DNA of 59,836 nucleotides, counting the filler. It is 6 parts of 6 records of this genome, joined end to end, with 100 filler letters (N's around TTAATTAATTAA, not from the genome) between each part and the next. Parts side by side here need not be neighbours in the genome. Positions count along the whole stretch, not along the records: positions 1 to 5,734 come from SRR31147125_8508; positions 5,835 to 14,054 come from SRR31147125_8518; 4 more parts are not named here. One strand, 5' to 3'. This document shows positions 1 through 10,043 of this stretch, one piece after another; position 1 is the stretch's first letter, and each line of letters begins with the position of its first letter. The notes beneath the pieces are model-generated. The model did not search any database. It saw only the letters and a list, made by a program, of their open reading frames with translations, and was not told where the DNA came from. Both the position numbers and the translations under genes were made by a program.

Positions 1-1305
1 ATCATCTTGCATCCACATTAAACCTGTTGCTTCATCTGTCACTGTACCGTCACCATTATCAACAAAATCATTTGTTGCTGTCACTGTACCGCGAACTGCT
101 CTTACATACTTACCCATTTCATCTGGTGTATCAGAAGGATAACCTTTGATATGACCAGTTGCATGGTTGACACCAAATGCTGTGTCTAGACCACCATGAG
201 TTGTTCCTGCATAGTAGAAGTTTGACGACCAGAATTGTCCCTCTTGTTTGGAAACTGCATCTGAGTCTTCATCTGTTGACATTGGTGGTGGTGGCATTTC
301 TCCTGACTCTGTTGTTGCAAGGTCTGCTCCAGCAACTTTGTCAGCACCTGCTACTTCTGTCCCTTGTGGTGCTCCACCTTGAGGTGCGCCCATTTCTGTA
401 TCTGTATCTGTTCCGCCACCTTGTGGGCCGCCGTCAGCTGGACCTGTCATTGCTGTTGCTGTTGGAAATTCAAAATAATCTGTATCTAGGAAAGGCCATC
501 CCTCAGAGAAATCACTGAGGTTAAAAAGTTCTTTGGCTGTTGGAATTCTCCAATCATCGTACCCTGCTAATTCTAAATTCTCACAGTAATCAACAGAAGC
601 TTCCCATGCCATCAATTCTGACACTGGAATCTGTTGCCACATTAAACCTGTGTTATTATCCGTTACAGTGCCATCTCCATTATCAGTATAAGAGAATGCC
701 GGACTTGAATAATCTGCATCTTGTCCATAATAATCTTCACCCTCAGCAGGATCAATTAACTGACCTTCATTGTCATAACTTGAAGCTTGACCGGTTGTAA
801 CAATAACATATGAGTCATCACTTGTTATTGTCGTCGTAGTAGTCGTTGTTATAGCACTTGTAATAGTCGTACCAGTAAAGCCTGGACTCGTTATAATAAC
901 CGATCTTGTAGCATCTTCCCAGTTTACTGCAAAATCTAAAGCTTCTGCAACCGCTCTAATAGGAAGCATAATAGACCCATCTTTTAAGACGGGCATTGTA
1001 TCCATGGTCTTACTAACGCCATCTAATAAATAAGTATAAGACCCAAGAGTCAGTGTTAAAACATGATCATCACTTGTGATCAAAACTGTCTCAGTCTCTT
1101 CATCATAATTGAAATCTGCACCAAATCCATAAAATACAACGAACTTATCAACCATTGTTCGACCATCATCATTGATAAAACTCGATTCATTGTTTGTTAG
1201 TTTCATACCATCGATATAGGTTGTAACACTTGAGTCTGTTCCCCCAAATGAAACACTACCAAATATCAATATTGCTATTAAAACCAAACTTAAAACTCTC
1301 TTCAT
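1..1305 (-). CDS. Secreted protein: copper amine oxidase N-terminal (stalk) domain + Thr-rich linker + tandem DUF1566 (Lcl C-terminal, CLec-fold) domains; 3' end runs off the window
   Basis: Manually translated from ATG at 1305 (SD GAGGAAGG upstream): signal peptide MKRVLSLVLIAILIFGSVSFG, stalk motif MLPIRAVAEALDFAVNWE, DUF1566 motifs DNGDGTVTDNNTGLMWQ, YCENLELAGYDDWRIPTAKEL, FWSS, YVRAVR, then second DNGDGTVTDEATGLMW. No stop, so absent from the ORF track. Confidence 0.9.
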   Translation of the reverse strand, partial: MKRVLSLVLIAILIFGSVSFGGTDSSVTTYIDGMKLTNNESSFINDDGRTMVDKFVVFYGFGADFNYDEETETVLITSDDHVLTLTLGSYTYLLDGVSKTMDTMPVLKDGSIMLPIRAVAEALDFAVNWEDATRSVIITSPGFTGTTITSAITTTTTTTITSDDSYVIVTTGQASSYDNEGQLIDPAEGEDYYGQDADYSSPAFSYTDNGDGTVTDNNTGLMWQQIPVSELMAWEASVDYCENLELAGYDDWRIPTAKELFNLSDFSEGWPFLDTDYFEFPTATAMTGPADGGPQGGGTDTDTEMGAPQGGAPQGTEVAGADKVAGADLATTESGEMPPPPMSTDEDSDAVSKQEGQFWSSNFYYAGTTHGGLDTAFGVNHATGHIKGYPSDTPDEMGKYVRAVRGTVTATNDFVDNGDGTVTDEATGLMWMQDD

Positions 1306-1421
1306 ATGTACACCTTCCTCAACTTTATTCACCTTTTGTCTCAAACAAAAGGACGCTCTCTTAACTTAAGATTAGTATAGAAGAGTTTTCTTAAACAAAA
1401 CTTGAACTTTTAATATCCATG

Positions 1422-1451
1422 AAAAAAGAGTCCTCATATCTTTAAGGACTC
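1422..1451 (-). terminator. Intrinsic terminator downstream of MazG-like gene
   Basis: GAGTCCT...AGGACTC stem followed by T6 on the minus strand. Confidence 0.7.
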
Positions 1452-1477
1452 TCAAAATAACACTATACTTATTATGT

Positions 1478-1801
1478 CTATTTTCCTAACTTATAATCCC
1501 TACCACTTGTCCCCTTGATCTTATCAACAGGATACTTCTTCTTATTTTCTTCAATCTTACTCAAGATAATACTTTCAATATCCACTTCAATGGCATGGGC
1601 CATAAGAAAAGAATAGATGATCACATCTGCAAGCTCCTTTTCAAGGGCCTCTTTGTCTAAGTCATCCCCCCACTGGAAGTGTTCTAAAAGTTCACCTGAT
1701 TCTATTGCAATAGACTTAGCTAAATTCTCTGGTGTATGAAACTTTTCCCAGTCCCTTTCATTTCTAAACTCTAATATTGTATCCATCACTTTTTTATTCA
1801 T
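1478..1801 (-). CDS. MazG-like nucleotide pyrophosphohydrolase (dCTP pyrophosphatase family)
   Basis: FRNERDWEKFHTPENLAKSIAIESGELLEHFQW and ELADV motifs; ends NKKKYP. Confidence 0.9.
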   Translation of the reverse strand: MNKKVMDTILEFRNERDWEKFHTPENLAKSIAIESGELLEHFQWGDDLDKEALEKELADVIIYSFLMAHAIEVDIESIILSKIEENKKKYPVDKIKGTSGRDYKLGK

Positions 1802-1819
1802 TTTAAAGTCCCCTTACTC

Positions 1820-2269
1820 CTATAGTGTATCATCTCTAACTGCTTTTGAAAGCAAATCATAGTCTACGATCCTCATACTAAAAGTCTCTTTGACATCCAA
1901 TACTTGTCCAATCTCTATACAAGAAAACATAGAAGGATTAACAAAATATTTATAGGCCTGACCATCTATTTCCGATTCAATAATGACAGTGTGTTCATGG
2001 TGAAAACTTGGGCCTAAGCCACTTCTCACAAGCCCTAGATACTTCTTTAAGACCTTTCCCCTAATCCTTTTAGGTGACGCTTTTGAATATCTCCGATTAT
2101 GTATTTCTGTCAATAAGATACTGGCCACCATTGCCATAAACAGAAGTAGAAAATAGTCGCTAACTTTATAAGTATAGCCATGTGTAGATGCTAACAAAGC
2201 ACCAAAGATCACAAGTGCTATGATTGGATATCTAATGACTCTTTTTTTCCAGAATTTATAGTCTTTCAT
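1820..2269 (-). CDS. Hypothetical membrane protein (2 TM + soluble C-terminus)
   Basis: 149 aa ORF with two hydrophobic helices; SD-like AAGGA upstream. Confidence 0.65.
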   Translation of the reverse strand: MKDYKFWKKRVIRYPIIALVIFGALLASTHGYTYKVSDYFLLLFMAMVASILLTEIHNRRYSKASPKRIRGKVLKKYLGLVRSGLGPSFHHEHTVIIESEIDGQAYKYFVNPSMFSCIEIGQVLDVKETFSMRIVDYDLLSKAVRDDTL

Positions 2270-2360
2270 ATGTTTTCCTTTTCGTTTTTAGTGGTCATAA
2301 TTATTATAGCAAGCTTACCATAATTATCCAACACCAAGTCCTTCTTTTTCTCTATTTAAA

Positions 2361-2393
2361 ATAGCTACTACTCCGCCTGTGAGTAATAGCTAT
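2361..2393 (-). terminator. Intrinsic terminator after HD-GYP gene
   Basis: ATAGCTACTACTC-loop-GAGTAATAGCTAT hairpin with T-run on the minus strand. Confidence 0.65.
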
Positions 2394-2403
2394 ATTCAAT
2401 GTT

Positions 2404-3515
2404 CTAATTATTTATGGTTGCCAATTCTTCCTCGAAGTCGGCATGCTTAATGGCAATTGCCTTAAAGTCTTCACTTACTTGATTAAAGATCTTTACACAC
2501 TCTGGATCAAAGTGTTTGCCACTGCCATCATTGATTATTTGACATGCTCTTGAATGGGGAAATGGTTCCTTATAAGGACGTTTACTGACGAGAGCATCAT
2601 AGACATCTGCAACGGCCATGAGACGGCCAGACAGGGGAATTGCCTCACCAACGAGACCATCTGGATAACCACTGCCATCCCATTTTTCTTGATGACTTCT
2701 ACAGACCTCTAGGGCAAACTTTAAAAAGTCAGCGGATTCCAGTTGACTGACAATGGATAGAATAGACTCATGGCCTATCGTTGTATGTGTTTTCATGATC
2801 TCATATTCTTCATCTGTTAGCTTGCCTGGTTTTAATAAAATAGCATCTGATATCCCAATCTTTCCAATGTCGTGAAGAGGTGCTGTCTTGTACATCATTT
2901 TGATGTCCTCTTTAGGTATTTTATATTTACAGGTAGGCTCTGAATTACTGTGTTCTGCAAGAAGCTTAACATACTCCTTTGTTCGTCTAATATGACCACT
3001 TGTTTGTGGATCCCGACACTCGGCTAAAGATGCAAATACTTCAATAGTCACATCCTGCATCAAAGAGAGTTCTTTTGTTCTTTCAGCCACTTTCTCTTCA
3101 AGAATGGTATTCTGCATCTCCTTTCTTTTTTGGCACGACTGAATGATAAATGGGCTAAAACCCTGGCCTTAACCTCTTTGATTTCAAAGGGTTTGGTTAT
3201 ATAGTCTACCCCTCCCATATCAAAGGCCATGGTCTTGTAATTTATATCAGACATGGCCGTTAAGAAAATAATCGGTATGTCCCTATATTCTTTATCCTTT
3301 TTAAGTTGCCTACAGACATCATAGCCACTCATTTCAGGCATCATAATGTCTAGCAAAATTATATCTGGTTTGTTCTGCCGAATTGTTTCAAGGGCAGTTT
3401 TGCCATCAAGGGCAACTGAAATCACATACTCATCACAAAGCGATTCCACTAACACATCCACATTAAAAACCGTATCATCTACGATTAAAACATTGCTTTC
3501 TGATATGTCCTTCAT
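2404..3515 (-). pseudogene. RpfG-type response regulator (REC + HD-GYP cyclic di-GMP phosphodiesterase) split by a single-base frameshift near 3118-3131
   Basis: REC part (LIVDD, LLDIMMP, DYITKPF) in 3060-3515; HD-GYP part (LHDIGKIG, HQEKWDGSGYP, AVADVYDAL) in 2404-3117; junction AAA AAA GAA AG|GAG ATG CAG needs one extra base. Confidence 0.85.
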
Positions 3516-3519
3516 TGTC

Positions 3520-5734
3520 TCAACTCCCAATTTCTTTTTCTAAAAGATCCAATGTTTTTATGGCATCATTAAACTGATAGGACCTTATATTTCTTTTCAA
3601 AACACTTACCTGATGTTTTAAAGGGTCAGGCCAGTCAATGGTCTCAATTTCTGACATAAGCCCTCTAGACTCCTGGGGTCTTCTCGCCTTTAAGTGCGGT
3701 TTCAACTTGTCAAACAAGGCCTGAACACCTTCAGGGTCTAGCCTTAATCGTCTCTCATCCTTTTGAGTTTCATTTTGATCTAAATAGGCTTCAATGTTCA
3801 AAGTAACCCTTTCAAGCTGCAGACACATTTCTCTATAATAAGGTTCAGAAAGGAGTGGGTCTCTCGTATCCATAAATACCTCTTCATACTTTAGTGACGT
3901 CTCATACAAGTCCGTTACACCAATTGTTCCAGCAACCCCTTTTAAAGTATGTACAATGCGGTCAATGGTTTCAAAATCATCACTGGCCTTTGCTGTTTCA
4001 AGCTGATTAACAATGCCTTTGTTCTCTTGTACAAAAGTCCCTAAAAGTTTTACATATACTTTTTTATTGCCCCCTATTCTTGAAAGGCCCATACTTGCAT
4101 CGACACCCTCAATAGATATAGGAGGACAACTCACCATCTTTTTTGTCAAATTGCTTCCTGCTTCATATAAGGTCATGGCTCCACTAGGGCTCACATGATC
4201 TTTTTTTACTTGATCAGGTTTCCATTTTAACAAGGTCTCATAGAGCTTAAATGGCTCAATGGGTTTGGACAAATAGTCATTCATACCCACTGCAAAACAT
4301 TTCTCACGGTCTTTATGCATTGCACTTGCAGTCATGGCAATGATTGGAACACCTTTCATACCCTCCATTAATCTAAGGTTCTCAGTCGCTTCAATACCGC
4401 CCATGACAGGCATTTGCATGTCCATAAAAACTAAATCGTAGGTATTTTTTATGGCACAGTCTAAGGATTCAAGTCCGTTTTTTGCAGCTTCAACAACAAC
4501 ACCAACATCTTTTAGGAGAGCCGTTGCTATTTCCTGATTCAGCATGTTATCTTCAACAAGTAAAACTGTCATACCCTTCAAAGAATCTCTATAATGCTTC
4601 AATTGAGTTTCTCGAGAATAAGTTATTTTCTTATGATCATTAGCTTGTCCAATAAGAGTACTTATGGTTGCATCCACCAACACTTTTGGATTGACAGGCT
4701 TGACCAAAAGTGTGCCAACATTCACTTTTTCCGCTTCATAAAAGAGTTCTTCCCTTCCATGACTGGTAATCATCATGTAGTGAGGCCTATTTTTAAGAGG
4801 CAGTTTATCAATGCTTTTTATGGTTTGGATGCCATTTAGATCAGGCATCAAGTAATCCATGTAAACAATACTGTAAGGATGACCATCGAGCTCAGCGGTA
4901 TGAACCATCTTAATTGCCTTTTTTCCACTCTCAGCAACATCAACAGTCATACCTGTAAACTCAAGCATATTTTGAATGATGGTCCGACATTGCAGGTTGT
5001 CATCTACCACAAGGCCTCTGAAGCCTGTTACATAAGTATCAGCATCGCCCTCAAGGGAACACATATTTATAGCTTCCACTTTTACAGTAAACCAAAAGCT
5101 ACTTCCTTTGCCATACTCAGATTCTACTCCGACATCCCCACCCATTAAATTTGCAAGTTTTTTAGAAATGGATAATCCCAAACCGGTGCCACCGTATTTC
5201 CTCGTGGTAGACGTATCCGCCTGGTGGAAGGATTGAAAGAGTGCTAACTTTTGAGTATCTGTTATTCCAACCCCTGTATCCTGCACTTCAAACTTTAAGA
5301 AAAGTAGCTTATCATCAAAATACTCTGTTCTTACTTTGACAATTACTTCTCCCTTTTCAGTAAATTTAATAGCGTTATTTGTGTAATTTATTAAGATTTG
5401 ACCAATTCTAAGGGGATCACCGCAAAGTTCATCGGGGACCATTGGCCCCACATCAAAGATTAGTTCCAACCCCTTTTCATGACACTTATCATTTATGAGA
5501 TTACTGAGATTATCTAAAACATCGCTGAGTTTAAAGGCAGTTTCTTCAATGGGCATTTTTCCAGCCTCAATCTTTGAATGATCTAAGATATCATTGATTA
5601 CACCCAATAAATGTTGTGAAGAACTTTGAATTTTTCTCGCATACTCATCTTGTTTTTCATTGAGCTTTGTACGCTGTAGTAAATGTGTCATCCCCATAAT
5701 TGCATTCATTGGCGTTCTGATTTCGTGACTCATA
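3520..5734 (-). CDS. Hybrid sensor histidine kinase (HisKA-HATPase-REC-REC-Hpt), 5' truncated by contig end
   Basis: SHEIRTPMNAI H-box, N/G boxes (NNAIKFT, DTGVGI, GGTGLGL), two REC domains, Hpt VHTLKGVAG. Confidence 0.95.
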
Positions 5735-5834
5735 NNNNNNNNNNNNNNNNNNNNNNNNNNNNNNNNNNNNNNNNNNNNTTAATTAATTAANNNNNNNNNN
5801 NNNNNNNNNNNNNNNNNNNNNNNNNNNNNNNNNN
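5735..5834. other. Artificial contig linker
   Basis: N44-TTAATTAATTAA-N44. Confidence 0.99.
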
Positions 5835-5929
5835 AAAATTTCTATTTTTCAACAGTCCCTATCTATAAAACCCCATCTGTTACACAGCTTTAAATATTTG
5901 ATGGATATAAACTTTTATATAATAATTAA

Positions 5930-6511
5930 TTAAGCAGCTTTTTTATCCTCTGGCAGCTCTATATGGAACATACTTTTAGAATCTGGATTAACATTGCCGT
6001 ACTTAATAAATATAATAATAGATTCAATGAAACCTAACATGTAAACAGCAATTACGAGTCTTAAAGCCCATGGTGTACTGTAGAAATATGAGAAAATAAC
6101 GTAAAAAAACAAAAGACCTGCGGGTGTTTTCAAAAGCCAAGTGTGCATTAAAATAGGTTTACCTGTACGCACAATGGACACAATTATCGATAGAACAATA
6201 ATTCCTATTAGCACATACAACATAGGCAGCACCGGCGTTATCTGTTCAGGATATAATACATAAATAAAGTAGGCCGTGGTCAAATACAAGACCATATCGC
6301 AGTAAGAATCCAACAGCTTTCCTAGTTCTGTTTTTTGGTCAAAACGTCTTGCTATCTGACCGTCGAAAAAGTCAGTACTAGCAACTAAAACATAAGTAAT
6401 TAAAAACGCCAGCCGCATTTCATTATGAACTTGAAATAATAATAACGGTATAAAGATTACACGACATATGGTCAATAAATTAGGTATAGTTAAATTTTCT
6501 TTTTTAAACAT
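5930..6511 (-). CDS. CDP-alcohol phosphatidyltransferase (PgsA-like)
   Basis: TIPNLLT and TDFFDGQIARRFDQKTELGKLLDSYCD signature. Confidence 0.9.
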   Translation of the reverse strand: MFKKENLTIPNLLTICRVIFIPLLLFQVHNEMRLAFLITYVLVASTDFFDGQIARRFDQKTELGKLLDSYCDMVLYLTTAYFIYVLYPEQITPVLPMLYVLIGIIVLSIIVSIVRTGKPILMHTWLLKTPAGLLFFYVIFSYFYSTPWALRLVIAVYMLGFIESIIIFIKYGNVNPDSKSMFHIELPEDKKAA

Positions 6512-6753
6512 AAAGACTCCTTCCTCTTTTTAAGTTAAATATATGTAAAGCATGTGTTAATTTGATTATATCAAGAGTATGACCAAATACAATGATATTT
6601 ATATGTATATGAAGGAATATAAAGGAAGATTAGTGAATATTCAAATATAGTTTACATACAAGTGTAAATAGCACAAATAAAAACAGGATAGAAAATACTA
6701 TCCTATAAATGTTCTATATACTATTTTTATTATAGTCTTTATTTAGCTTCTGT

Positions 6754-7509
6754 CTACTTACTAGATATAATTTCCCCTGTAGTTGCATTAATTCTACATT
6801 CAAAAAATGGATAATGGCTAATAGAGTCCTTTTTATCCATAATGGTATCTGCTTGTATACCATAGATAGTAATATCCCAGAACCAGTTATAGTCTTCATT
6901 TACAAAATCAGATTTTATCAGATAATCGTTTTCTTTATTTAGTGGATTGGAAGATGACTGGGTAGCATCATAAGCGATATCTATTGCGCTTAATTCGCTA
7001 ATACACTGGCCTAGCTTGCTAGATTTATTATAAGGATGTGTATTTAATGAAAGGTATGCAAGTTGGTCTGATACAATCTCTACAACTAAAAACTTTCCTG
7101 TTTTATATCCAGCTTCGTCAACTTGTAGAATTAAAAACAAGTAATTTGTATCGTTAATATATTGACAGATAGTGTTAGACTCGAAAAAGCTACTGTCCCA
7201 TTTTTTAGCCTCTTTATACGCTGTTTCTTTAGCAGATTCTAAAGATATTGTTTCAGTATCATTAGCATTAGGGTTTGTTAAATATATCAATCTATTGTTA
7301 TTTGTATTAACCCAATATTCAATATTATTCTCATCTAAATACATATTCAAATCATTAGAGGATTTACTGAATTTGACATCTTTATTTATAATGGTTTCTA
7401 TATAAGCTTGACCTTGTTTAATATTAATTAGATTAATTACTAAATATATGCTAGCTGCTATGAAAGCTATTATTAAAACTATTTTCAATATTGATATTAT
7501 TTTTTTCAT
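6754..7509 (-). CDS. Membrane-anchored hypothetical protein with PepSY-like repeats
   Basis: Likely start ATG 7509 after AAGGA; N-terminal TM; ISLESAKETA and ISELSAIDIA helices; C-terminal INATTGEII. Confidence 0.55.
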   Translation of the reverse strand: MKKIISILKIVLIIAFIAASIYLVINLINIKQGQAYIETIINKDVKFSKSSNDLNMYLDENNIEYWVNTNNNRLIYLTNPNANDTETISLESAKETAYKEAKKWDSSFFESNTICQYINDTNYLFLILQVDEAGYKTGKFLVVEIVSDQLAYLSLNTHPYNKSSKLGQCISELSAIDIAYDATQSSSNPLNKENDYLIKSDFVNEDYNWFWDITIYGIQADTIMDKKDSISHYPFFECRINATTGEIISSK

Positions 7510-7679
7510 TATTCTTCCTTGTATGTTTTTGCATTGGAGATAGGTAAAATTTTCTTTTATTCTACCACATACAAATAAATATTGCACCATATGAATATTA
7601 ATTATAATAGTGGAATTAATAAATTTAATCTTGTTAACAGCCTAGTTTAATAATATTCAGTAATAAAGGAGAAATATTC

Positions 7680-8135
7680 ATGTATGACTTAAAAGGTCGA
7701 TTAGAAGCCAAATCGGAAATAGCAGGAAATAAATATGCTCCTCACCTAAATGGAACCGTATGCTTTTATAATACTCCAGCTGGTGTAAAAGTTAGTGCAT
7801 TAATATGTAATCTACCTCCTAATAAAACTGGATTTTATGGGTTTCACCTTCACGAAATAGGAAATTGCTCAAATGATGATTTTTCTGGTGCTGGAGGACA
7901 TTATAATCCTAATAATTTACCTCACCCAATGCATGCTGGGGATTTTCCAATGCTCCTTGCAACCAATAAGCATAATGCATACCTTACCTTTATAACTACG
8001 CGATTCACTATTAAAGATATAATCAATCGTTCCGTTATTATTCATCTAGATGTTGATGATTATACATCTCAGCCTAGCGGCAATGCAGGCAAAAGGATTG
8101 GGTGCGGGGTAATAGAAAGAGTTAGATATTTTTAA
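7680..8135 (+). CDS. sodC: Cu/Zn superoxide dismutase family protein (no signal peptide)
   Basis: GFHLHE, GGHYNP, HPMHAGD, RSVIIH, GNAGKRIGCGVI. Confidence 0.9.
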   Translation: MYDLKGRLEAKSEIAGNKYAPHLNGTVCFYNTPAGVKVSALICNLPPNKTGFYGFHLHEIGNCSNDDFSGAGGHYNPNNLPHPMHAGDFPMLLATNKHNAYLTFITTRFTIKDIINRSVIIHLDVDDYTSQPSGNAGKRIGCGVIERVRYF

Positions 8136-8204
8136 ATTTTTATCTATTTTATAATGTATTTAGAATTAATTTGTGTTAGTAAATTACAATAATCTCATAC
8201 TTCC

Positions 8205-8233
8205 TTTGTTATATAAATAATATATGGTATAAT
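8205..8233 (+). promoter_or_regulatory. Sigma-A type promoter of the exbB-like operon
   Basis: Extended -10 TGgTATAAT (8225-8233) with a TTGTTA-like -35. Confidence 0.55.
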
Positions 8234-8268
8234 AATCTCAATATAAAAATATAGTCAGAGGACGAAAT

Positions 8269-8763
8269 ATGGACTTATTAAAAGCGATATTTGGAAATAT
8301 TCTGGGCATAGACGGATTTATTATAATAATTACACTTTGCAATATATTTGTTGTAGGTCATATGACACGCAAACTTTCAAATAAAGCAGAAAAATCAATG
8401 CGTAAAGTAGTCTATAAACCTATAGATGATATAGTTGAGCAGATAGGCAAAACAGAAAAAGATGAAAAGCTTGATTTACATCAACTAAAATCCACATTAG
8501 AAACGCAGCATACATGGTATCAAATATTTATATCCATAACCAGCATTATGCCGCTACTTGGTATACTGGGTACAGTTGTATCTTTACTTGGCATAACAGC
8601 ACTAGAGCAAAATGTAATACAGGCTAACTTTTTAACAGCGCTGTCATCTACATTTTGGGGAATAGTCGGGGCAATAACTTGCAGAATAGTTGAAGGTACA
8701 TTAACACCTGTGGTAGAGAGAAATCAGGACAATTTCGATTTACTGATTAACAAGATAAGGTAG
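8269..8763 (+). CDS. MotA/TolQ/ExbB proton-channel family protein
   Basis: Three TM segments; PLLGILGTVVSL and ALSSTFWGIVGAI match ExbB/TolQ TM2/TM3 motifs. Confidence 0.85.
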   Translation: MDLLKAIFGNILGIDGFIIIITLCNIFVVGHMTRKLSNKAEKSMRKVVYKPIDDIVEQIGKTEKDEKLDLHQLKSTLETQHTWYQIFISITSIMPLLGILGTVVSLLGITALEQNVIQANFLTALSSTFWGIVGAITCRIVEGTLTPVVERNQDNFDLLINKIR

Positions 8764-8767
8764 CGTT

Positions 8768-9562
8768 ATGAGAACCAAAAAATCAACCTTAGAATTAACG
8801 CCGCTTTTAGATGTAGTTTTAATAATATTATTTGTGTTTATGATGCTCCTGGCAAGCAAGGTGAATGAAAGCGCTGAAACCAAAAAAGAAGCTGAAGAAA
8901 CTATTGCAGAGGCAGAGGAGAATTTGGAAAATGCACTAGCAAATATTACAGAGCTAGAAGAGGAAATTGAAAAGCTTAATGAAGAAAACACTGCTTTAAG
9001 GCAGTCAAATGAATTAACAGCCCAACAGCTGGATAAACAACGAGAAATATCAGATGAGCAGCAGGAGACAGCTGAAAATTTGGCTAAAGCTGTTGCCGAG
9101 TTTATTAAAGCAGATGAAACACAGGTAAAAAAGCTTCTTGATGAAAATGATTTATCATCTAGCCAAATGCTAAAGAGTATAACATCAACTGAGGATATTG
9201 CAGAGGAACTATTAAAGTTTGAAGCTATATCAAGACAATTTTATTTTATTGACTTGGAGCTGAAAACATCTAATAACAGATTATATATTAATGATGAAAG
9301 TACATCCATTGGTATCTCATCTGATGAGGTGAAAAACGAAGACGATAAACAGGACAAAGTTAATGAGATAAAGAACCTGATTGAAGAAGATATAGAAAAG
9401 CGGCAGGGCGGATCGCAGATGGTATTTTTAACTCTTAAAGTGCATGACAGAGAAGTGTATCAATATGCTTGGCAGGTTGTATGGGACGCAATAGGGGAAA
9501 TACAGGAAAAGTACGGAACTGATAAAATATTCAGAACACATATAACAATAATAAAAGACTAG
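8768..9562 (+). CDS. ExbD/TolR-like protein with long coiled-coil insertion
   Basis: LTPLLDVVLIILFVFM TM with the conserved Asp; roughly 100 aa acidic heptad region; ExbD-like C-terminal domain. Confidence 0.75.
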   Translation: MRTKKSTLELTPLLDVVLIILFVFMMLLASKVNESAETKKEAEETIAEAEENLENALANITELEEEIEKLNEENTALRQSNELTAQQLDKQREISDEQQETAENLAKAVAEFIKADETQVKKLLDENDLSSSQMLKSITSTEDIAEELLKFEAISRQFYFIDLELKTSNNRLYINDESTSIGISSDEVKNEDDKQDKVNEIKNLIEEDIEKRQGGSQMVFLTLKVHDREVYQYAWQVVWDAIGEIQEKYGTDKIFRTHITIIKD

Positions 9563-9571
9563 GAGGACTGT

Positions 9572-9946
9572 ATGGCTAAAGATAAAAAAAGAAGATCAGG
9601 CGGAGCATTTGCGGCGGGGGTTATCGTTACAATTTTGGCTGCGCTAGGTATAGGCGAGTTTGGTATAGGTGACTTTGAAGGAGGATTAGTATCCAATGTA
9701 TTTGCACCTGCTGAAGAAATTATATTAGACGATGCAGAAAAAGGGCTATACTTTGCAGAAGTAATGGTTGTAGATGATGTAGTATCATTAGAGGGAAAGG
9801 AAGTAACAATTGATGAGCTAAAAACACAACTGGCCGATGCAAAGGATGAAAGAATACATTTGATTAATGGCGGAGCAACACATGCTGTATGGCAGGAAGT
9901 TGTAGATGCATTGAATGAATTGGATTGTGTGGTGGAGACAGAGTAG
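9572..9946 (+). CDS. Small membrane-anchored ExbD-like protein lacking the canonical TM Asp motif
   Basis: Basic N-terminus + Gly-rich TM; VSLEGKEVTIDELKTQL...ATHAVWQEVVDAL resembles the ExbD soluble fold; SD AGGAGG. Confidence 0.55.
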   Translation: MAKDKKRRSGGAFAAGVIVTILAALGIGEFGIGDFEGGLVSNVFAPAEEIILDDAEKGLYFAEVMVVDDVVSLEGKEVTIDELKTQLADAKDERIHLINGGATHAVWQEVVDALNELDCVVETE

Positions 9947-9975
9947 CCACTTTTTGTAGCAAAAATATAATATTT

Positions 9976-10002
9976 AAAAACGGTGGATGAACCACTGTTT
10001 TT
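9976..10002. terminator. Bidirectional terminator between convergent genes
   Basis: AAAAACGGTGG-ATGAA-CCACTGTTTTT. Confidence 0.75.
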
Positions 10003-10043
10003 ATTTTATAAAATTTTAATAAGCTTTAGAATATAATAAATTA

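Noticed and set aside
15-684. Similar segments at 15-60 and 639-684 as a DGR template/variable repeat pair
   Set aside because: Both are in-frame starts of tandem DUF1566 domains. Differences are mostly synonymous third positions, not adenine-specific, and no reverse transcriptase is present
177-800. Plus-strand ORFs 177-518 and 540-800
   Set aside because: Antisense shadows of the real minus-strand gene 1-1305
1478-1801. MazG-like gene as an anti-phage system
   Set aside because: No accompanying defence genes; housecleaning pyrophosphatase is the simpler call
5779-5790. Recurrent TTAATTAATTAA palindrome
   Set aside because: Synthetic six-frame stop linker, not biological; ORFs with X runs crossing it are artefacts
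8269-9946. Zorya (ZorAB) or flagellar MotAB call
   Set aside because: No long ZorA cytoplasmic tail, no OmpA-like peptidoglycan-binding domain, no ZorC/D/E or flagellar genes
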